This document shows, piece by piece, positions 44,471-52,304 of a DNA stretch of 64,000 nucleotides. This DNA comes from Thermodesulfobacteriota bacterium (lineage in GTDB: Bacteria; Desulfobacterota; Desulfobulbia; Desulfobulbales; JBFMBH01), in the NCBI GenBank assembly GCA_040755095.1, contig JBFMBH010000005.1, positions 479 to 64,478 of the forward strand, read 5' to 3'. Below the pieces are notes generated by a model. It worked only from the letters and a program-made list of their open reading frames with translations. It was not told the origin of the DNA and ran no database searches. A program made the translations under genes and the position numbers. Position 1 is the stretch's first letter. Every line of letters begins with the position of its first letter.

Positions 44471-45445
44471 CTACTTCTGATGGATCTCGAAAACCTGCAC
44501 GCGCTTGTTGAAGGTGTCAGCGACGATGACCCGGCCGTAGGCGTCCACGCAAACGTCGGACGGGTAGGCCAGCCACCCCCGTCCCGAGCCCTGGCCGCCG
44601 AACTCGAACAGATAGCGTCCCTTCAGGTCGTAGACGTTGACCCCATGCCGCAAATAGTCCGCCACGTAAATGCGGCCGGCCCGGTCGTCCACCGCCACCC
44701 CCCGGGCTCGGGCGAGCTTCCCTGACGAGCCACCCTTCTCGCCGAACCGGAACAGGAAGCGCTCCTCGGCGTCGTAGACATAGACCCTGCCCATGCCCTC
44801 ACTGAGGAGGTAGAGATTCCCTTCCCGGTCGGTGTCCAAGGCGATGATATCCGCCACCTGGCGGCCGCCCCGCACCGTGTCCGTGGGGGCGATGACGTGG
44901 AGAAACCGGCCCTCCCGGTCCAGGACCAGGGCACCCGGATAGTTGCTGCCAGCCATGATGAGGCGGCCTCGGGATCCTTCCACCAGATGGCGGGGGGAGA
45001 ATTCGCTGGCGCCCTCGAAGCCGTCCAGGGTCATTTCCCGCACCTTGATGAAGGCGCCGTCATAGACCTTGATCGCCGGCAGCTCGCCCTGGGCCAGAGG
45101 GCCCCGGCCGGCGTAGAGCAGGCCGTCACCGGTCACCAGCACCGCCGAGGCCCGCCCCAGCTCGCGCCCCTCTCCCAGGGTGAAGGTCGGAAAGTAGTCG
45201 GCTCCGGCATAGAGGGCGATCCGGCCGCCGGCCCCGGAATGCAGGACGTAGAGCTCCTCGGCCTTGCGGTCGTAATGGAGGACCGAGGTGTAGCCCAGGG
45301 CCATGCTGTTGGCATCCACCTCGAGGACCTTGATCACCGCCGTCTCCACATTGGCTGCCGTGGTGGCGGCGGCGCCGGCTGGCTGGGGCCAGAGCGTGGC
45401 CAGGAGCAGGATCAGGAGGAGGACAGGGCTCAGCATGGCGCCCAT
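44471..45445 (-). CDS. Secreted NHL-repeat six-bladed beta-propeller protein
   Basis: Signal peptide MGAMLSPVLLLILLLATLWPQPAGA. NHL units such as ARGVAVDDRAGRIYVADYLRHGVNVYD and YPSDVCVDAYGRVIVADTFNKRVQVFE. No SD-like sequence before either candidate ATG (45445 or 45436). Confidence 0.85.
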   Translation of the reverse strand: MGAMLSPVLLLILLLATLWPQPAGAAATTAANVETAVIKVLEVDANSMALGYTSVLHYDRKAEELYVLHSGAGGRIALYAGADYFPTFTLGEGRELGRASAVLVTGDGLLYAGRGPLAQGELPAIKVYDGAFIKVREMTLDGFEGASEFSPRHLVEGSRGRLIMAGSNYPGALVLDREGRFLHVIAPTDTVRGGRQVADIIALDTDREGNLYLLSEGMGRVYVYDAEERFLFRFGEKGGSSGKLARARGVAVDDRAGRIYVADYLRHGVNVYDLKGRYLFEFGGQGSGRGWLAYPSDVCVDAYGRVIVADTFNKRVQVFEIHQK

Positions 45446-45496
45446 ATTATATGGTAGGCTCGACCGGGAACAAGGGAAAAGTGGCCAAGAAACAAG

Positions 45497-45522
45497 AAGG
45501 GCGGCCCGAACGGGCCGCCCTT
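45497..45522 (-). terminator. Intrinsic terminator/attenuator between OmcS-like gene 3 and the downstream NHL gene
   Basis: AAGGGCGGCCC-gttc-GGGCCGCCCTT, followed on the minus strand by CTTGTTTCTT. Confidence 0.7.
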
Positions 45523-45565
45523 GGAGGAGCTTCTCGAACAGCTCCGAAAGAGGCCGGCGATGAGG

Positions 45566-46675
45566 CTAGTCCTTGTTGGTGTGGCAGCGGAAGCAGCCGG
45601 TGTCGCTGTTGGCGCCGCCGCCGCCGGCGATCATGTTGTCGTAGTTCCAGCGTAGGAGGTCCGCGTTGTCGGAGCCGTGGGCCCGGTGGCAAGAGATGCA
45701 CAGCACGATGCCGTCCGCCGGAGTGGCGGGAAGGGCAGCGGTGCCGCGGGTCGTGGCGCTCAACGGCGCGCCTACCGGAACTTCCTCGTCATAGGCGTTG
45801 GTGCCCGCCGTGCCGTAGGAGGCATAGGAATCCCAGGCCTGGGAGGCGTTGCCGAGCCGGAAATCGGTGGGATGACGCAGCCAGGGAGTGCCCCCGGGGT
45901 CAGCCTGGCGGGTGGTGTTCAGGTTGGTGTTGGCCGAGGCGCCGACGCTGTGGAACAGGCCATGGCATTCGCCGCACAGGTAGCTGATGGTGGTGGTGTC
46001 CTCGTAGCCGGTGATGGTGCCGGATCCCACGGTGGCGCTGTTGCCGTTGATGCCGTCGTAGGCATTGCCGTCCGTGTCGCCGAAGCCCTTGTAGCTGGCC
46101 GAGGACTCCGTGCCGTCGATGCCCGCCAGCAGCCGGAAGCCGACCGCGGTGTCGTTGTGGTGACCGCCGGCGATGGCCACGGTCTCGTTGGCGTAGCTGT
46201 GGTTGCCGTGGCAGCCGAAAGAGCCGGCGCAGGTCAGCCGGTTGGTGCCCCAGCCGGCGGCGTTGGCGGGCAGGCCTGCAGCCACCGCCATGTAACCGGG
46301 TGGGGTATTGGCCAGCACGCCGTCCTGGGCGCCGGTACCGTTGACGTTGTGCTTGGTGTTGTCGGCGTTGGCGCTGTTGATGTAGCCGCCGGGCAGGACT
46401 GTGGCGGTCGAAGCGGCGTCACCCCAGATCGCCGGCGCATCGACGCTGGTCAGCCGGTCGGCGGCGTTGTCCTGCTTGTGGCAGCCGGCACAGGTGTCAA
46501 TGGTGAGCGAGTCGTTGGTGGCGGTGGTGTTGCCCATCACCGTGCCGTTCTGGCTGTTGTGCATGGTGTGGCAGTTGGCGCAGGGGCCGGTGACCTTGGC
46601 ATCGGCGCTGCCACCCAGGCCAGCCAGCACAGCGGCCGCACCGACCGCAATCAGGGTGCCGTACAGCTTCTTCAT
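45566..46675 (-). CDS. OmcS-like hexahaem cytochrome c, paralogue 3
   Basis: Signal peptide MKKLYGTLIAVGAAAVLAGLGGSADA. Motifs CANCHTMHNSQ, CAGCH, CAGSFGCH, CGECH, WLRHP, CISCHRAHGS and C-terminal GCFRCHTNKD. AAGGAGG RBS before ATG 46675. Confidence 0.85.
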   Translation of the reverse strand: MKKLYGTLIAVGAAAVLAGLGGSADAKVTGPCANCHTMHNSQNGTVMGNTTATNDSLTIDTCAGCHKQDNAADRLTSVDAPAIWGDAASTATVLPGGYINSANADNTKHNVNGTGAQDGVLANTPPGYMAVAAGLPANAAGWGTNRLTCAGSFGCHGNHSYANETVAIAGGHHNDTAVGFRLLAGIDGTESSASYKGFGDTDGNAYDGINGNSATVGSGTITGYEDTTTISYLCGECHGLFHSVGASANTNLNTTRQADPGGTPWLRHPTDFRLGNASQAWDSYASYGTAGTNAYDEEVPVGAPLSATTRGTAALPATPADGIVLCISCHRAHGSDNADLLRWNYDNMIAGGGGANSDTGCFRCHTNKD

Positions 46676-46903
46676 GGTCTTGCCTCCTTGTTGTTTCGTT
46701 TTACGGGTTCTTGGGCCAGACTGCGGGACTACAGTTCGGCATCCCAGTCGTGGACTCCGGCCCGATGTCTTGTCTCCGTATGCTGCTCTACTACCCCATT
46801 TGCCATTTGCCTGCAAGGGAATTCGCCCTGCCATTCATGGTCGCCACTGTACGCGATCGGAAAGGGAAAAGATATACGGCGGCTGGCGTATTTTGTTCTG
46901 GCC

Positions 46904-46938
46904 GGTGCTTAGTTCATGATAAGCACTTCTTAAGCACC
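46904..46938. promoter_or_regulatory. Candidate operator: three GTGCTTA/TAAGCAC half-sites in the divergent intergenic region
   Basis: GGTGCTTA-gttcatga-TAAGCAC-ttct-TAAGCACC. It lies between OmcS-like gene 3 (minus) and the OM-barrel/lipoprotein cluster (plus). Confidence 0.4.
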
Positions 46939-47091
46939 CGCCAGGGCTGGCTTGCGCACTGCATTTCGCGGTAGCCGGACCGGGGCAAATATGGTAAGGG
47001 AATGCCCGGATCCAAGGCCCCGGGCCGGTTTTGGCGTCAGGCCAGGGGGGCGACAGCCGAGCGGCCACTCGCTGCTCACAAGGAGATCTCG

Positions 47092-49254
47092 TTGAAGTCC
47101 AGACAGACCTCGGTTGTCGGCCTTCTCGCCATGCTGGGGGCGGCATGCGGGCTTGGCGTTTCCTGGCGCCAGGCCGGGGCCGGGCCGGTGGCCATCAACG
47201 CCACCCTGGACTACTCCGAGACGCGGGGGGACAGGGACAATGACAACGCCTTCCGCCAGACCTTCCAGGTGAGCCTGGCGGATGATATCGCCGTCACCGA
47301 TACCGTAAGCCTCACCCCGGGCTTCCGGCTCAACAACGACTCCAGCGGCGAGCGCAGTGGCGCCTACGCCATCGACCCCAACCTGGGGCTGGCCATGAAT
47401 ACCGACCTGTTCAGCATGAACGGGTCGTACTCCACGACCACCCGCAAGTCCTCGGGGGATCAGCCCAAGACCTTCTCCCAGGCCTGGGACGTCACCTGGG
47501 CCAGCCGCTGGGACCAGCCCTGGCCCTCCTTCCCGGTGCCGGTGCCCTCGGTGCGCGTCGCCTACGGCGGCAACACCACCGAATCCGGGGACGACCTGAC
47601 CGGCCGCAGCTCCTTTGTCACCGGCACGGTGACCGAGGAGTACGACATCTCCATCTTCCAGCTCGCCTACCGCTTTTCCCGGAACATGAACTGGGACGAG
47701 ATCGACGAGATCACCGGCACCAACGACACCCATGATTTCAGTGTCGACGCCAGCGACCGCTATCTGGACGACCGGGTGCAGCTGTCCATGAGCCACCAGA
47801 CCACCCTGGACCGCCGGGTCACCGAATTCAAGGGCGGGGCCGGCAAGGTGATCGAGGAGGGCTTCACGTTGTCGGAGGACGCCTTTGCGGGGCAGGACCC
47901 TCGACCCGCAGAGGAAAATATCTTCATGGACCTCAGCCTCGCCAACGGGCTCGTGAACAGGACGCTCACGGATCGGGTCGTGAACATTCGAGCGGGGGTC
48001 GATACCCCTGGCGCCATTAGCGGGGAGGAGTTCTGGAATATCCTCGTGGAGGTGCCAGCGGCGTTACAGGAGGTCTCCCGCATCTCTCTCTGGCTGGCCG
48101 AGGAGCTTGCGCTGGAGCCGGAAGGTCTGGACACGGAAGGCGACTACAGCTTTGACGTCTACGGGGGCATGACCCAGAATGGTCCCTTCCACCGGCTGAC
48201 GGGGGCGGATGGGCTCGGCGTGTATCAGTCAGGCGTTTTCCCGTCGGCCGGCGGCCTGCCGTTGGGGGGAGGGCTGCGGCCCCGTTTCCTGATCGACCTG
48301 CCCGCTGGGGCGTGGAATGGGGAGAACTTCCTCAAGGTGGTGTGCCGGATTGAGAAGCCAGTCTCCGTGGCGGCCTGGATCAGCGAGGTGACGCTTTCCC
48401 ATGTGCGCACCCTCACCACCGACGACGAGAAGGACGTCAATATCAGCAACACCTACAAGACCGGTCTGACCATGAACGTCGTCCCGGCCATGGACTGGCG
48501 CTTCTCCACCGGCCTGGTGCACACCCTGCGGGAAAGCTCGCCCGGGGGCGAGCGCACGGACCTGACCCACAACATGAACCTGTACTGGACCCCCAACCGT
48601 TATTTCCGGCCAGTGACGGCGTTCAACCGCAGTATCTCCTCGGGGGACGAAGAGGATACCCTGGAGAACCGCTCCTACAGCATGCGGGTGGCCTCCATGC
48701 CCCTGGATGCCCTGTCCACCTCCCTGGGCTTCACCCGCACCGAGGGCTACACCAACCAGGCCCTGGAGACCATCGGGGATGCCCTGTTTCTGAGCCTGGA
48801 CTCCCAGATCCTCCCCGATTTGTCCGCCAGCCTGGCCGCTTCCTCCACCAAGACGACCAACCGGGTCAGCGGTGCCACGGCCTCGGCCATGCAGGTGGAT
48901 CTGACCGGCAACATGCGGGTGACGCCCCGGCTCACGGCGGACGCCACCCTGGAATTCAGCGAGGCGGACGAGGAGCCCTTCGGCTATGGCGCTGCCCTGT
49001 CCTGGCGGCCGACGGATGTTCTGGCCTGCACCTTGGACTACGAAGGGGGCAACGAAAGCACCATCACCTTGTCTCCGGCCGTGCGGCTGAGCCGGGAGCT
49101 GCAGCTGACCGGCTCATTCGTCCACAGTGACGAGGACGATCTGTTGTCCGTGCAGTCCAAATGGCTGCTCAACGAGCTCATGACCCTGGACCTCCGCTAC
49201 CGGTGGCGGGAGGAGGAATGGGCCTGGAACGTGCGCTTGACAGCAGGCCTGTGA
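47092..49254 (+). CDS. Putative outer-membrane beta-barrel protein with a large inserted soluble domain
   Basis: TTG 47092 lies 6 nt after AAGGAG. Signal peptide KSRQTSVVGLLAMLGAACGLGVSW. Both ends are rich in short alternating polar/hydrophobic strands with Asn/Asp/Gly/Ser turns (LDYSETRGDRDNDNAFRQTFQVSL...; ...LTGSFVHSDEDDLLSVQSKWLLNELMTLDLRYRW). No family recognised by eye. Confidence 0.6.
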   Translation: MKSRQTSVVGLLAMLGAACGLGVSWRQAGAGPVAINATLDYSETRGDRDNDNAFRQTFQVSLADDIAVTDTVSLTPGFRLNNDSSGERSGAYAIDPNLGLAMNTDLFSMNGSYSTTTRKSSGDQPKTFSQAWDVTWASRWDQPWPSFPVPVPSVRVAYGGNTTESGDDLTGRSSFVTGTVTEEYDISIFQLAYRFSRNMNWDEIDEITGTNDTHDFSVDASDRYLDDRVQLSMSHQTTLDRRVTEFKGGAGKVIEEGFTLSEDAFAGQDPRPAEENIFMDLSLANGLVNRTLTDRVVNIRAGVDTPGAISGEEFWNILVEVPAALQEVSRISLWLAEELALEPEGLDTEGDYSFDVYGGMTQNGPFHRLTGADGLGVYQSGVFPSAGGLPLGGGLRPRFLIDLPAGAWNGENFLKVVCRIEKPVSVAAWISEVTLSHVRTLTTDDEKDVNISNTYKTGLTMNVVPAMDWRFSTGLVHTLRESSPGGERTDLTHNMNLYWTPNRYFRPVTAFNRSISSGDEEDTLENRSYSMRVASMPLDALSTSLGFTRTEGYTNQALETIGDALFLSLDSQILPDLSASLAASSTKTTNRVSGATASAMQVDLTGNMRVTPRLTADATLEFSEADEEPFGYGAALSWRPTDVLACTLDYEGGNESTITLSPAVRLSRELQLTGSFVHSDEDDLLSVQSKWLLNELMTLDLRYRWREEEWAWNVRLTAGL

Positions 49255-49408
49255 TGTGCTCTACTCGCCCCGAAGTCTGCGCTGCTGCGTCCAGTCCAGG
49301 GCCGGCGGCCACGGATCCGGAACCGATTGTGCTGTGTGGGGCGACGGCATTGGCGGCAGGCGGCCGTGCTCCGGACCGGCGGCATTCTGGCAGAGAGGAC
49401 TTTTCCAT

Positions 49409-50041
49409 ATGGCTGGCTGGTGGCCGATCCGGCGGCAGGTGCGGAAGGCGGGCGGCAGGGGATGGCAGGGGGCCGTGGCGGCTCGCCTGGGGGGACTTCT
49501 GCTGGTGGTCCTGGTGGCCGGTTGCAGCTCCCATGCCCTGACCTATTATGTCCGGGAGGGCGCTGACCTGACCTTCATCAAGAAGGTGGCGGTCATGCCC
49601 CTGGCCAACAACACCAAGGAGAAGTTTGCCGCCGACCGGGTGCGCAACATCGTGCTGACCCAGGTTCTGGTGGACAGCCTGTTCGACGTCACCGAGACTG
49701 GCCAGCTGGAGAAGATCCTGGAGGAGGAGGCCGGCAAGGCGGATGCGCCTCTGGATGAGGCCCTGGCCCGCCGGCTCGGCAAGCGGTTGTCCGTACAGGC
49801 GTTTCTCCTGGGATCGGTGGATGCCTACGACGAGGAGCGCAAGGGCAACTACTCGTATCCCGTCGTTGCCATGACCTTGAAGCTGGTGGATGCCGAGACC
49901 GGTCTCATTCTGTGGCAGGCCAGCGGCTCTTACAGCGGCTACAGCAGCTGGAGCCGCATCCTCGGCACCCAGGGCAGGGATCAGTCGGCGGTGACCTTTC
50001 GTCTCGTGCGGTCGCTTCTGGCCAGTCTCAGCGGCGACTAG
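49409..50041 (+). CDS. Lipoprotein, PelC/CsgG-N/LpoB/DUF799-like alpha/beta fold, paralogue 1
   Basis: Lipobox LVAGC. KKVAVMPLANNT...DSLFDVTE...LGKRLSVQAFLLGSVDAY...VAMTLKLVDAETGLILWQA. Confidence 0.7.
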   Translation: MAGWWPIRRQVRKAGGRGWQGAVAARLGGLLLVVLVAGCSSHALTYYVREGADLTFIKKVAVMPLANNTKEKFAADRVRNIVLTQVLVDSLFDVTETGQLEKILEEEAGKADAPLDEALARRLGKRLSVQAFLLGSVDAYDEERKGNYSYPVVAMTLKLVDAETGLILWQASGSYSGYSSWSRILGTQGRDQSAVTFRLVRSLLASLSGD

Positions 50042-50098
50042 TCTGGCCTTCGCTCCGTGAGGACGCATCGTCCAGCAGGCCTGCCGTCCCACCGCCTC

Positions 50099-51640
50099 AT
50101 GAGCCTCGGCTTCTCCCCCGGTGCCTGGCCCCGCCTCCTGATCCTCCTCTTCCTGCTGGGCCTCCTGCCGGCAGCCCCGGCGCCGGCCGGTGCCGCCAGC
50201 GGCAAGGTGGCGCTTCTGCCCTTCGACGATCTGTCCCGGGGCGCCAATTCGGTGGACCTGGAGATGACCACCCAGGTCGCCGATCTCCTGACGGTGTCCG
50301 GAATCAACGTGGTGGATGCCCAGGCGGTGCGGGCGTATCTCGCGACCAACCGCGTGCGCCACACCGGGATGATCGATCTCTTCAACACCATGGGCATGCG
50401 GGAGGCCCTGGGTGTGGACTGGATCCTTACCGGCACGGTGACCCACCGCCGCCCCGAGCCGCAGCCGGCCCTGGGCCTGTCCCTTCTCCTGGTGGACGCC
50501 CACACCGGCAAGGCCGTCTGGGCCTGGAACGAGAGCCTGGCCGCCACCGAGCTGGTGAAACCCCTGGGAATCGACGCTGTCACCAGTCTGGCCGCGATCA
50601 CCGATCTGGTCCTGGCCCGGGTGCCGTTCCAGTTTCCGGAGCCCGGCGAAGCCCTGGTGGACCTGCCCATTCCGCCATACTCGGTGGAGAGCTTCGATCT
50701 GAGCTCCCGGTTCGTCGCCGGCAATGGCCGGATGGAGTGCCGGGTGGGCTTCCGTTTTGATGAGGAGCCGCCCACCGACGTCTTCCTGAAGCTGGGGGGC
50801 AAGCGCATCAGTCTGGTGTCCATGGCCAAGGAGAGCGGCACCTACTGGGCGAGCTGGCAGGCGCCGGAGGCAGAGGGGCGCTATTCGGTCGCCACGGTTC
50901 TGCGGTGGAAAGGCCGGCGGGAGGAGTCCAAGTTCCTGGCCTCCTACCGGGTGGTGAACGAGCCGCCGACCGTGTCCCTGCGCTTCGGCAACGGCGTGCC
51001 CCTGGGGGATTCCGGCGTCATCGCCTTCCGCTCCTTCCTGAGCATCAGCCCGGTCGTCAACAAGACCGCTCCCGTGGCTTCGTTCCGCATCCAGATCGAA
51101 GACCCGAAGACCGGCGCCTTCCTCATGGACTTCAAAAGCATCGAGAGCCTGCCCGAAGCCATGGTCTGGCGCGGTGCCGGTGATCAGGGGCCTCTGGGCT
51201 CCGGCTACTACCGGCTCATCCTCACCGTCACCGATGTCATGGGCAACGAGATCGCGGATTCGGCGGAGCTGTACCTGGGCAAGAATCAGCCCCGGGTGCT
51301 GCCCGCCATGGAGCGTCTCGAAGACGGGAGGGTTCAGCTCCACCTCATGGCGGTCCCCGATCCCCAGACCGGCGAGATGGAGCCGGTGCCGGTGAAGTAC
51401 TGGCAGCTGCGGGTCACGGATCGGGAGCGCAACTTCCTTCTGGAAGAGGAGGGAGAGACGCTGCCGGCCACCGTCACGCTGGATCCCGGCGCCGAGACGG
51501 TCTTTCTGGTCTCCTACCTGGTGCGGGATGTCCTGGGCAACGAGCGCCACGCCCGCAGCGAGACCGTGGAGCTGCCCGTTACCGGCGGCGGCGAGGACCA
51601 AGACAAGAAGGAGACCGATGTCTGGCATGAGGAGTTCTAG
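50099..51640 (+). CDS. Secreted protein: the same alpha/beta fold (paralogue 2) + three Ig-like/FlgD-Ig-like beta-sandwich domains
   Basis: Signal peptide ...LLILLFLLGLLPAAPAPAGA. GKVALLPFDDLS...GINVVD...LGVDWILTGTVTH...LSLLLVDAHTGKAVWAW. Later MVWRGAGDQGPLGSGYYRLILTVTDVMGNE (FlgD-Ig-like). Confidence 0.7.
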   Translation: MSLGFSPGAWPRLLILLFLLGLLPAAPAPAGAASGKVALLPFDDLSRGANSVDLEMTTQVADLLTVSGINVVDAQAVRAYLATNRVRHTGMIDLFNTMGMREALGVDWILTGTVTHRRPEPQPALGLSLLLVDAHTGKAVWAWNESLAATELVKPLGIDAVTSLAAITDLVLARVPFQFPEPGEALVDLPIPPYSVESFDLSSRFVAGNGRMECRVGFRFDEEPPTDVFLKLGGKRISLVSMAKESGTYWASWQAPEAEGRYSVATVLRWKGRREESKFLASYRVVNEPPTVSLRFGNGVPLGDSGVIAFRSFLSISPVVNKTAPVASFRIQIEDPKTGAFLMDFKSIESLPEAMVWRGAGDQGPLGSGYYRLILTVTDVMGNEIADSAELYLGKNQPRVLPAMERLEDGRVQLHLMAVPDPQTGEMEPVPVKYWQLRVTDRERNFLLEEEGETLPATVTLDPGAETVFLVSYLVRDVLGNERHARSETVELPVTGGGEDQDKKETDVWHEEF

Positions 51641-52304
51641 TTCGGCCAGCACCGGCTGCTGGCCGCCCGGGTCGAAAAGCCGCTCCGGGGGGACCCCTGG
51701 CGGTTCGCATCCAGGTCGGGTACACTGGCTCGTCACCGTTCTTCTGGCGTGTCTCGCCGCCGGCTGCGGCAAGGCCCAGCACAGTCTGGGCCTGGTGGCC
51801 GCGGGGGGGGAGGGGATCTGCCGGGTGGCGGTGCTGCCCTTCCGGGACCAGGGCAAGGTGCCCTTTGGCGGGCACGTGGTCCAGCGGACGTTCACCGCGG
51901 AGCTCATCGCCAGCGGCCGCTTCGATGTAGCCCTGGAGGGTGAGGTGCTGGCCTTTTTCCGGGAGAACCGGCAGCTGCCCCAGGCGACCCTGTCCCGGGA
52001 CTTCTACATCAAGATGGGCCAGACCATGGGCGTGGACGCCATCGTGGCGGGCACGGTGCTCGGCATGAGCGAAGGCTCCGAGGGCCGGGATATGGTGGTG
52101 CCAGAGGTGGCCTTCTCCCTGGAGCTGATCCGGATCCGGGATGGCAAGCCCCTGGTGGTGACCCACCACCACCGTGCCGGGGATGAGTATCGATGGCTCA
52201 TGCACGTCGGGGTGGTGCAGACCATTTCGGAGCTGGTGAGCCGGATGAGCAAGGAGGCGATCGAGGAATGGCGTATCTTGGGCTTCGAGGGTTGTCGGTT
52301 GTGA
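51618..52304 (+). CDS. Lipoprotein, same alpha/beta fold, paralogue 3
   Basis: Lipobox CLAAGC. CRVAVLPFRDQG...SGRFDVAL...MGVDAIVAGTVLGM...AFSLELIRIRDGKPLV. AAGGAG RBS; the start overlaps the upstream stop by 23 nt. Confidence 0.7.
   Translation: MSGMRSSSSASTGCWPPGSKSRSGGTPGGSHPGRVHWLVTVLLACLAAGCGKAQHSLGLVAAGGEGICRVAVLPFRDQGKVPFGGHVVQRTFTAELIASGRFDVALEGEVLAFFRENRQLPQATLSRDFYIKMGQTMGVDAIVAGTVLGMSEGSEGRDMVVPEVAFSLELIRIRDGKPLVVTHHHRAGDEYRWLMHVGVVQTISELVSRMSKEAIEEWRILGFEGCRL

Noticed and set aside
46805-46835. Sigma-54-like promoter TGGCAG...TTGCAG (minus strand) upstream of OmcS-like gene 3, and a similar TGGCAGGGGCTATTTCG near 19290
   Set aside because: At 46805-46835 the GG-to-GC spacing is about 6 nt too long for a -24/-12 promoter. 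At 19290 the -12 element is TTTCG, not TTGC.
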